The notes: generated by a model not told the origin, from the sequence alone. A stretch of DNA of 64,000 bases from a bacterium (GCA_965240465.1 OZ251219.1:224001-288000); one strand, 5' to 3'; shown: positions 41,032 to 49,376, counted from the first letter of the stretch. Numbers and translations are program-made.

Positions 41032-43762
41032 GAGAGCTGATATTCACCATAACCTTATTGCTACAGTTGTTGTCGGGGTTTGAATCTGCAGTGATACCAG
41101 AACTAGTACTTGTTACACAAACGTAATAATAATATACGCCTGCAGGGCCTGTCGCTGTAAAAGACTTACCACCATCGTAGTAATTACCCGCAGTCAATTG
41201 AGCACCTACAGAAAATACTTTTCGTGGCGAAAAGGCTTCTAAAGCAACGGGGCTGGTGATAGCATCACTGTTATCAGAGCGGTAGTACTCAAATTTTTCC
41301 ACCGCCGAGAGTGCACTCCCAATGTTATTCACCCTCACAGAGAATAAAATACTGCCACCCATGTTGAGATCTTGGGGACTAGCCGCCAAGACACCCATTG
41401 TTAGATCGGGGGCGGGGAGTACGATCACCTTAACCTTATTGCTACAGTTGTTGGTGAGGTTTGAATCTGCGGTGCTACCAGAACCAGTACTTGTTAAACA
41501 AGCGTAATAATAATATACGCCGCCATTCGCTGAAAAAGACTTATCACCAGAGGCTATTCCATCCGCACCCAAAGCAGGTATAGTAACTGTTTTTCCTATA
41601 ACAATTTCTGTCCCATCGGGGCTGGTGATAACATTACTGTTCTCAGAGCGGTAATATTGCAATGTTTCCTCCACTGAGGATACACCCCCAATGTTCTTCA
41701 CCTCCACCGAGAATACAACATTCTCATCAAGGATGCCTACCACGGAAATAGTGTCGTCAGCAATTGTCAATTCACCCATTTGTAGATCTGGGGTGGCGGG
41801 GGTGGCATTCACGGTCACCGCAACTGTATTGCTACAGTTGACGGTGGTTCCCGTATTAGTTACACAAGCGTAGTAATAATACATGCCAGCAGTGTTTGAC
41901 ACTTGAACCATCTTAGTATTAGGGAATGTATTTGTACTAGCAATTGTACCACTCTCAGTCAAAGCAGTAACATCAACCGTCCCCGTAATAGCGGTGCCAC
42001 CAGTAGTATTATTGTTAGTATTGCTGTAATAGGTTAGTATTTCATCCACCGAGGTTGCAGTTCCGCTGTTAGTCACAGTCACCGCAAAATCAACATTGCC
42101 ACCCTCGGTAATAGAAGCTGTGCTGCCATTATTGACCGTCAATGTACCCAAGGTTAGATTAGCTGCAGCTGCCTGGGCCGCGGTGACGGACACCGCAACC
42201 TTATTGCTGCAGTTGACGGGGGGGATGATTCCCGTATTATTTACACAAGCGTAGTAATGATATGTGGTGCCAACATCACCTGACACTATAATACCCTCAC
42301 TACTCTTGAATCCTACATTCTTACCCACAGCATTTATAGAAAATGTTTGTTCTGGCGAAAGGATTTCGTTGGTGTCGGGGCTGGTGATAGCAGCACTGCT
42401 AGCAGAGCGGTAATATTTCAGTTCTTCCACCGCTGAGAGTATATTCCCTCTGTTAGTCACAGTCACCGCAAAAGTAGCATCGCTACCTACGACAACATCA
42501 ACTGTAGTACTACTACCATTGACCGTCAATGTACCCATTTGTAGATTGGGGGCATTCACGGTCACCTCAACTGTATCGCTGCAGTCGACGGTGGCTACCG
42601 TATTAGTTACACAAGCGAAGTAATAATAGATGCCAGCAGGGCCTATCACTGTCAAAGTACTAGGATAATCTTTATCACCATTACCACCCAAAGGAGCTAC
42701 GGTAACACTACTTCCAATTTTAGTGGAGGTTGATGATTGAGGGTTATTACTGTCAGTAGTAGAGCGGTAATAACTCAGTGCTTCCTCCACCGAGTCTACA
42801 TCCCCTTCGTTAGACACACTCGCCACAAAATCAACCATACCCGCGGTAACAGTAGCTGGGTCTCCACTACCATTGACCGTAAGGGACACTTGTAGACTGG
42901 CGGGGTCGGAGGCATTCACGGTCACCTCAACTGTATCGCTGCAGTCGACGGTGCCTCCCGTATTAGTTACACAAGCGTAATAATAATATGTGCCAGCAGT
43001 GCCTGACGCTTGAACCGTCGCATCATAAGATTGTGTAGCACCCATAGTCAAAACGTCTACAGTAGCATCCTTACCTATAATGGCGGTGCCATTAACAGTA
43101 CTATTGGTAGTATTGCTGTAATAGGTTAGTGTCTCAGCTACCGAGTCTGCACTCCCACTATTCCTCACCATCACTGAAAGCACAACCTCACCACTCGTGG
43201 CAATAGTACTTGGATTAACTGCAAATTGATCCACTCCTAGATCCGCTTTAGCAGTTTCGGTAAAGGTAACTTGCTTGCCAGCGGTACAATCATTGCCGAG
43301 GTTGGTGTCATCGGTCGTTTTTACACAAGCTCCGTAGAAAACTGACTTTGCAGTGCCTTCGGTAGCGGTGGTACTTAACTCATCGGACAATTCTCCTCCA
43401 TCCAAACTAGCGATAGAGGTGTCCCCTGTTAGTACATCATCATCGGAGGTAATAGTTTTGTCTATGGACTTGTAAAAGGTTACAGTTACGGCTCCTGAAG
43501 TAGCTGCTGTCCCTTGATTTTTCACCTTCAAGGAAAGTGTTACGTCAGTGCCTTTAACAACGCTGGTGAGACTGACAGCAAAATCATCTGGTATTAAATC
43601 AATTCCAGTAATTTTTGTGCCGGAGGAGTTACTGTCACCATCGCCGCCGCCGCCATCATCACCGCCACCACCACAGGATGTTAAGAAGAGTGCCGGTAGG
43701 ACGGTTAACAAAAAGGCAGGCAGAGCTGCGAATTTTAAGAAAGATTGGATGTTTTTATTCAT
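41027..43762 (-). CDS. Surface lipoprotein, 7 Ig/CARDB-like domains (array gene 3)
   Basis: Same signal peptide, lipobox and domain motif. C-terminally shortened. Confidence 0.88.
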   Translation of the reverse strand: MNKNIQSFLKFAALPAFLLTVLPALFLTSCGGGGDDGGGGDGDSNSSGTKITGIDLIPDDFAVSLTSVVKGTDVTLSLKVKNQGTAATSGAVTVTFYKSIDKTITSDDDVLTGDTSIASLDGGELSDELSTTATEGTAKSVFYGACVKTTDDTNLGNDCTAGKQVTFTETAKADLGVDQFAVNPSTIATSGEVVLSVMVRNSGSADSVAETLTYYSNTTNSTVNGTAIIGKDATVDVLTMGATQSYDATVQASGTAGTYYYYACVTNTGGTVDCSDTVEVTVNASDPASLQVSLTVNGSGDPATVTAGMVDFVASVSNEGDVDSVEEALSYYRSTTDSNNPQSSTSTKIGSSVTVAPLGGNGDKDYPSTLTVIGPAGIYYYFACVTNTVATVDCSDTVEVTVNAPNLQMGTLTVNGSSTTVDVVVGSDATFAVTVTNRGNILSAVEELKYYRSASSAAITSPDTNEILSPEQTFSINAVGKNVGFKSSEGIIVSGDVGTTYHYYACVNNTGIIPPVNCSNKVAVSVTAAQAAAANLTLGTLTVNNGSTASITEGGNVDFAVTVTNSGTATSVDEILTYYSNTNNNTTGGTAITGTVDVTALTESGTIASTNTFPNTKMVQVSNTAGMYYYYACVTNTGTTVNCSNTVAVTVNATPATPDLQMGELTIADDTISVVGILDENVVFSVEVKNIGGVSSVEETLQYYRSENSNVITSPDGTEIVIGKTVTIPALGADGIASGDKSFSANGGVYYYYACLTSTGSGSTADSNLTNNCSNKVKVIVLPAPDLTMGVLAASPQDLNMGGSILFSVRVNNIGSALSAVEKFEYYRSDNSDAITSPVALEAFSPRKVFSVGAQLTAGNYYDGGKSFTATGPAGVYYYYVCVTSTSSGITADSNPDNNCSNKVMVNISSP

Positions 43763-43812
43763 TTTTTCCTCATTAGAAGATTGTCAGCATATTTTACTCA
43801 TAACCAAGTCAC

Positions 43813-43841
43813 AGGTTATCACACTGTTTTGAGGAATGCAA
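43813..43841 (-). promoter_or_regulatory. sigma70-type promoter of array gene 3
   Basis: TTGCAT-N17-TAACCT on the minus strand. Confidence 0.7.
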
Positions 43842-43864
43842 AAGAAGCTGCTAGGAATGAAGCA

Positions 43865-43980
43865 ACCAACTGGACGCCCTCTGCCAAACACGAACAATAC
43901 ACTGGAACTGGATCCCCGCCCACCCTCAAAACGAACTCTGCGACCAACTCGCCAACCAAGCACGCCTTAAACTAAAACAA
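43865..43980 (+). pseudogene. Duplicated 3' fragment of rnhA (copy 3)
   Basis: As copies 1-2 but with a 9-bp deletion between CAC repeats and a few further substitutions, including loss of the stop codon. Confidence 0.93.
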
Positions 43981-43984
43981 AAAA

Positions 43985-44057
43985 TGGGGCAGACAATAAA
44001 TCTGCCCCAAAGAAAACCACTTAAAGAAAGGAGTGGGGCAGACAATAAATCTGCCCC
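43985..44057 (-). terminator. Double hairpin terminator
   Basis: Two GGGGCAGA-CAATAAA-TCTGCCCC hairpins separated by AAAGAAAACCACTTAAAGAAAGGAGT. Confidence 0.8.
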
Positions 44058-44067
44058 CATACTCTAA

Positions 44068-47000
44068 CTACTGAACAGCAATTCGGTCATAAATACAATG
44101 TTCGTCACTACCATCAGAGGATTTACTAATACAAGCCCCATAATAATACTCTCCCGAAACAAGACCGCTTTGGGTTTTAGTACCAGTCATGGTGTCAGTA
44201 AGGGAACTACCACTATCACCATTCGCAGCTACTGAACTAATACCTTTTGCAGATTGTTGTGGTACGTCACTAGTATTAAGGACATCATTATCTGATCCAT
44301 AATATCTTAAAGTAAGTGCTGCACTTGCTGCATCACCCAGATTTTTAATAACCACCCTCATTTTGATATTATCCCCATTACTCACAGAACCTTCTCCGTA
44401 TGTGACAACAGTCTCTACGCCACTACTATCAACCTTGTACACTACCAGGTCATGCAGTTTAATATCTACTCCGCTGGTAGCATTAACAACAACCGCTTGA
44501 CTGACACAATTGTTGCCTGTATTGGCACTGTCCTCACCACCTCCCGAAATACAAACTCCATAATATAATGTGCCTTTATCTCGTTGGGTTAAAAAATCGG
44601 ATTTTAGTACATCCTTCTCACTACCAACAGCCAATCCACTACTAAAAGAAGTTGTACCAACAACTTCGTCATCAGCAAAGCTTGTATCAGCTGACATGTA
44701 ATATTTTACAGTGATTACCTCACCACTTGCTAAAACAGCGTTACTGCTGTTGTTTCTAACCTTCACGCTAATTTGGATACTATCCCCAGCTAGGAGAGTG
44801 CCTCCATCTGCAATCACGGCGTTGCCCGAGTTTATGGAATTTCTCAATACTAAACCAGTCGGTATCAAATCTAGACTCTGGACAACAACAGGGGCAATGA
44901 CAGGAACTGCGAGCTGATCACAATTGTTAGCTTTAGCGGTTGCTGCCTCATTAAGAGTGGCACTCACACAAACTGTATAGTAATATGTTGCATTGGATGT
45001 CACAGTTTCCACCGTAATTGTTCCAGAGATAACACTACGTTCGCCCGCACTGACGGTCAAGTTGGCGACATCTGCGGCAACAGTGGCAGTATCAGGAACC
45101 GATATCTTCTTGCTACTATCATTAGCAGGATTAATGGCGGTGCTATCCGTGGATCTATAATAGTCAAATGTTAGAGCACCTGAACCCCCAGTAGTTCCTA
45201 TGTTTTGAACCTTAAAGCCAAGTTTTATATCACTACCAGATTTAACATCGCCACTGCTGGGAGTATTTAAAGCTAAATCAAACACCTTTAGATCAAGGGT
45301 CGCACTACCGACGACACTCACATTCACCCTAACCTTATTGCTACAGTCGTTGGCAGAGTTTGAATCTACAGCGACACCAGTACCAGTGCTTGTTATACAA
45401 GCATAATAATACCACGTGCCTTTAGGGGTTGTCGCTGGAAAAGTCTCACCACCAGGGGCTGTTCCACCCGCAATCAAAACATCTACATCAACTACTTGTT
45501 CTGGCGAAAGGGCTTCGCTGGTGACGGAGCTGGTGACGGGGCTGTCGAGATTACCACCAGTAGTAGAGCGGTAATATATCAAGTCTTCCTCCGCCGAACT
45601 TACAGTCCCTTCGTTAGTCACGGTCACCGAGAATTCAATATTGTCATTCACCGAAACATCGCTGTCAGTGACTGTCAATGTACCCACTCCTAGATCGGGA
45701 GCGGGGGCTCCCACGATCACCGAAACTGTATTGCTACAGTTGGGGGTAGATCCCGTATTACTTACACAAGCGAAGTAATAATAGGTGGTGCCAACAGTAC
45801 CTTCCACTATCAAACCTCTACTATCAGAGATTGTACGAGACGCATCCAAAGCAGCTATGTTAACACTTTCAATGTCGGTTAGTGATTGAGGGTCATTACT
45901 GTTAGTAGTAGAGCTGTAATATTTCAGTGTTTCCGCACCCGATATTGCAGTCCCGCTGTTAGTCACAGTCACCGCAAAAGCAGCACTTTTACCCTTGGCA
46001 ACAGTAGCTGTGCTACTACCCTTGACCGTCAATGTATCACCCAAGGTTAGATTGGGTGTCTGGGTGCCAGAGGTCATCACGGTCAACTCAGCTCGCGAGC
46101 TGCAGTCGTTGCTGGAGTTTGCATCTGCAGTGCTACCAGTACCAGTACTTGTCACACAAGCGTAATAATAATATGTGCTAGCAGTGCCTGCTTGAACCAT
46201 CGCAGTATAAGATTGTGTAGCACCCATAGTCAAAACGTCTACAGTAGCATCCTTACCTGTAATGGCGGTGCCATCAGCAGTCATACTGCTAGCGAGGTAA
46301 TAGGTTAGTGTTTCAGCTGCCGAAGCTGCACTCCCACTATTCTTCACTCTCACTGAAAGCACAACCTCACCACTCGGGGCAATAGTACTTGGAGCAACTG
46401 CAAATCGATCCAATGCTAGATCCGCGCTAGCAGAATCGGTAAAGATAACTTCCGTGCCAGCGGTACAATCATTGCTGGCGTCGGTGTCATCGGTCGTTAC
46501 TACACAAGCTCCGTAGTAAACTGAACCTGCAGCACTTTCGGTGGCCATGGTACTTGACTCAGCAGACAATGCTCCCATACCCAAACCAGTGAGAGCGAAA
46601 CCATTTCCTACTTCAGTATCGGAGGAGTCAATAGTTTCGTCTGTAGATTTGTAAAAGGTTAGAATTGCGGCTGTTGAAGCAGCTGTCCCTTGATTTTTCA
46701 CCTTCGAGGAAAGTGTTACGTTATCGTCTTTAACAACACTGGTAGCACTGACAGCAAAACCATATGGTATTAAATCAACCCCCGCAGTTTCGGTAAAGGT
46801 AACTTTCGTGCCAGCGGTACAATCATTGCTGGTGTCGGTGTCATCGGTCGTTTCTACACAAGCTCCGTAGAAAACTGGACCTGCAGCGTTTTCGGTGGCC
46901 ATGGTACTTAACTCAGCAGACAATGTTTCTCCATCCAAACTAAGGATAGTGGCGTCCCTTCCTAATACAGTATCATCGGAGGGGGTAATAGTTCCGTCTG

Positions 47001-47283
47001 TAGACTTGTAAAAGGTTACAGTCACGGCTCCTGAAGCCTCTGTCCCTTGATTTTTCACCTTCAAGGAAAGTTTTACTTCAGTGCCTTTAACAACACTGGT
47101 AGCACTGACAGCAAAATTATCTGGTGTTAAATCAATTCCAGCAACAGGTCCAGTAGTTTCTGTGCCGGAAGATTTATCTTCATCACCGCCACCACAGGAG
47201 GTTAAGAAGAGTCCCGATAGGACGGTTAACAAAAAGGCAGGCAGAGCTGCGAACTTTAAGAAAGATCGGATGTTTTTATTCAT
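44068..47283 (-). CDS. Surface lipoprotein, 8 Ig/CARDB-like domains (array gene 4)
   Basis: Slightly diverged signal peptide (LSGLFLTSC) and the same domain motif. Has two distinct C-terminal domains. Confidence 0.88.
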   Translation of the reverse strand: MNKNIRSFLKFAALPAFLLTVLSGLFLTSCGGGDEDKSSGTETTGPVAGIDLTPDNFAVSATSVVKGTEVKLSLKVKNQGTEASGAVTVTFYKSTDGTITPSDDTVLGRDATILSLDGETLSAELSTMATENAAGPVFYGACVETTDDTDTSNDCTAGTKVTFTETAGVDLIPYGFAVSATSVVKDDNVTLSSKVKNQGTAASTAAILTFYKSTDETIDSSDTEVGNGFALTGLGMGALSAESSTMATESAAGSVYYGACVVTTDDTDASNDCTAGTEVIFTDSASADLALDRFAVAPSTIAPSGEVVLSVRVKNSGSAASAAETLTYYLASSMTADGTAITGKDATVDVLTMGATQSYTAMVQAGTASTYYYYACVTSTGTGSTADANSSNDCSSRAELTVMTSGTQTPNLTLGDTLTVKGSSTATVAKGKSAAFAVTVTNSGTAISGAETLKYYSSTTNSNDPQSLTDIESVNIAALDASRTISDSRGLIVEGTVGTTYYYFACVSNTGSTPNCSNTVSVIVGAPAPDLGVGTLTVTDSDVSVNDNIEFSVTVTNEGTVSSAEEDLIYYRSTTGGNLDSPVTSSVTSEALSPEQVVDVDVLIAGGTAPGGETFPATTPKGTWYYYACITSTGTGVAVDSNSANDCSNKVRVNVSVVGSATLDLKVFDLALNTPSSGDVKSGSDIKLGFKVQNIGTTGGSGALTFDYYRSTDSTAINPANDSSKKISVPDTATVAADVANLTVSAGERSVISGTITVETVTSNATYYYTVCVSATLNEAATAKANNCDQLAVPVIAPVVVQSLDLIPTGLVLRNSINSGNAVIADGGTLLAGDSIQISVKVRNNSSNAVLASGEVITVKYYMSADTSFADDEVVGTTSFSSGLAVGSEKDVLKSDFLTQRDKGTLYYGVCISGGGEDSANTGNNCVSQAVVVNATSGVDIKLHDLVVYKVDSSGVETVVTYGEGSVSNGDNIKMRVVIKNLGDAASAALTLRYYGSDNDVLNTSDVPQQSAKGISSVAANGDSGSSLTDTMTGTKTQSGLVSGEYYYGACISKSSDGSDEHCIYDRIAVQ

Positions 47284-47331
47284 TTTTTCTCATTAGAAAT
47301 TGTTGATATATTGTACTCACAACTAAGCCGC

Positions 47332-47360
47332 AGGGTATCACACTGTTTTGAGGAATACAA
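47332..47360 (-). promoter_or_regulatory. sigma70-type promoter of array gene 4
   Basis: TTGTAT-N17-TACCCT at the homologous position. Confidence 0.6.
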
Positions 47361-47386
47361 CAACAAAAACTGCTAGGAATGAAGAA

Positions 47387-47527
47387 ACCAGCTGGACGCC
47401 CTCTGCAAAAACACGAACAATACACTGGCACTGGATCCCTGCCCACATCGGACACCCTTAAAACGAACTCTGCGACCAACTCGCCAACCAAGCACGCCTC
47501 AAACTAAAAGCCCATCCCCCAAAATAA
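47387..47527 (+). pseudogene. Duplicated 3' fragment of rnhA (copy 4, most diverged)
   Basis: Same breakpoint. Has a 1-bp insertion, GAA>TAA, several substitutions and a longer 3' end (KLKAHPPK*). Confidence 0.9.
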
Positions 47528-47529
47528 AC

Positions 47530-47551
47530 GGGACAGATGAACATCTGCCCC
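47530..47551 (-). terminator. Diverged hairpin terminator
   Basis: GGGACAGATG-AA-CATCTGCCCC. Confidence 0.65.
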
Positions 47552-47552
47552 A

Positions 47553-49178
47553 TTAATTTAGACGCTGCTGAATATCAATTATTATATGCTTACAATTGTC
47601 CCCTATTTTGGCAGTATCTTCACCACCTCCCGAAAGACAAGCTCTATAATTGGTTGTGCCAAGCGTTACACCAATAGAAGCAGTTTGGGCTTTTTCAGCA
47701 CTGGTGCGATTAACTCTATCATTACCCCCACCATTTGCACTCAATCCAGTAATAGTCTTTGCTGGCTCAAAAAGGGCGCCACCACTGCCATCAGGACCCG
47801 AGTTTCTACGAAATTCTAAAGTAACATCAGATGTTGGAGCAGTATTACCCAGGCTTTTAATACTCACATATATTCTGAGAGTATCGCCTATGTAGATAAC
47901 GGCTGAGGGTGCAAGGGGAGTGGCGATTCCATTCAAGACCCTGTATACCACTAACTCCTCCAGTAACAAATCTATTCCGTCGGGAGCATTAGCAACAGTA
48001 ATTTCTTTACTAAGGCATTTAGTGCCTGTAGTGCCATCATTAGCTAGTTCAACACAAGCTCCAAAATAAAACGTGCCAATATCTATTTGGTTGAATTCAA
48101 CACTGGTAATATTCTCAACAAGACCTTGTTGCCCAGCCAATGAGTCGTTGATAACTTTGCTTTCAAGAAGAACATCGTCTATGCCATCAACAGCTGATGC
48201 GGATCTATAAAATTTTACAGTGGCTTTACCAGCTGCTACATCACCATCACCACTGTTTCCAACATTTATAAGCATGTGGATTTTGCCTTCATAGTTGATA
48301 CTTTGGTCTGTATCCTCACTGGAGCCATCGTATAATCTTAAATTATCCAGTGACAAATCTGGATTATTGGTAAAGGTAACTTCCGTGCCAGCGGTACAAT
48401 TATTGCTGGTGTCGGGTTCACCGATCGTTACTACACAAGCTCCGTAGTAAACTGGACCTGCAGTGCTTTCGGTGGCCATGACACTCAATTCATCAGACAA
48501 TGCTCCTCCATCCAAACTAGTGAGAGCCTTATTTCCTACTGCAGTATCAGCGGAGGTAATAGTTCCGTCTGCAGACTTGTAAAAGGTTACAGTTACGGTT
48601 CCTGAATCAGCTGTCCCTTGATTTCTCACCTTCAAGGAAAGTTTTACGTTACTGCTTTTAACAACACTGGTAGCACTGACAGCAAAACCATATGGTATTA
48701 AATCAACCCCCGCAGTTTCGGTAAAGGTAACTTTCGTGCCAGCGGTACAATCATTGTTGGCGTTGGTGTCATCGGTCGTTACTACACAAGCTCCGTAGTA
48801 AACTGGACCTGCAGTGCTTTCGGTGGTGGTAGTACTTAACTCAGCAGACAATGCTCCTCCATCCAAACTAGCGATAGAGGTGTCCACTTCTACTTCATCA
48901 TCGGAGGAGCTAATAGTTCCGTCTATAGACTTGTAAAAGGTTACAGTTACGGTTCCTGAATCATCTGTCCCTTGATTTCTCACCTTCAAGGAAAGTCTTA
49001 CTTCAGTGTCTTTGACAACACTGGTAGCACTGACAGCAAAATCATCCGGTGTTAAATCAACGCCGGAGGATTTCTTTTCATCACCGCCACAAGAGATTAA
49101 GAAGAGTGCTGGCAGGACGGTTAACAAAAAGGCAGGCAGAGCCACGAATTTCAAGAAAGATTTAACGTTCTTATTCAT
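47553..49178 (-). CDS. Surface lipoprotein, 4 Ig/CARDB-like domains (array gene 5)
   Basis: Start at ATG 49178 (MNKNVKSF, homologous to the other four, GGGAG RBS). Lipobox LISC. Confidence 0.88.
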   Translation of the reverse strand: MNKNVKSFLKFVALPAFLLTVLPALFLISCGGDEKKSSGVDLTPDDFAVSATSVVKDTEVRLSLKVRNQGTDDSGTVTVTFYKSIDGTISSSDDEVEVDTSIASLDGGALSAELSTTTTESTAGPVYYGACVVTTDDTNANNDCTAGTKVTFTETAGVDLIPYGFAVSATSVVKSSNVKLSLKVRNQGTADSGTVTVTFYKSADGTITSADTAVGNKALTSLDGGALSDELSVMATESTAGPVYYGACVVTIGEPDTSNNCTAGTEVTFTNNPDLSLDNLRLYDGSSEDTDQSINYEGKIHMLINVGNSGDGDVAAGKATVKFYRSASAVDGIDDVLLESKVINDSLAGQQGLVENITSVEFNQIDIGTFYFGACVELANDGTTGTKCLSKEITVANAPDGIDLLLEELVVYRVLNGIATPLAPSAVIYIGDTLRIYVSIKSLGNTAPTSDVTLEFRRNSGPDGSGGALFEPAKTITGLSANGGGNDRVNRTSAEKAQTASIGVTLGTTNYRACLSGGGEDTAKIGDNCKHIIIDIQQRLN

Positions 49179-49224
49179 TTTCTCCCATTTGGAAAATTGC
49201 CGATGCTGTACACGGCAGAGCTGT

Positions 49225-49253
49225 ATGCTATCACACTGTTTTAAGGGATGCAA
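49225..49253 (-). promoter_or_regulatory. sigma70-type promoter of array gene 5
   Basis: TTGCAT-N17-TAGCAT with TGn. Conserved despite divergence of the flanking DNA. Confidence 0.7.
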
Positions 49254-49376
49254 TGCAAGAAAATCGGCAAATTACAAAAAATAATTTGCAAAGTTGGTTA
49301 TGTGGGTATACTTTGGGATAGGTAGTGATCGTTCTCATTACAGAATGAAGTTTTTCTAGTTTTGGTTTAAGAAGTC

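Noticed and set aside
32160-49178. Diversity-generating retroelement or integron explanation for the array
   Set aside because: There is no reverse transcriptase or tyrosine integrase in the window. Differences between repeats are not adenine-specific, no attC-like sites were recognised, and the genes have their own promoters. An enzyme acting in trans cannot be excluded.
49179-49253. 25-aa N-terminal extension of array gene 5
   Set aside because: The homologous ATG and RBS are at 49178, and the extension spans the conserved promoter.
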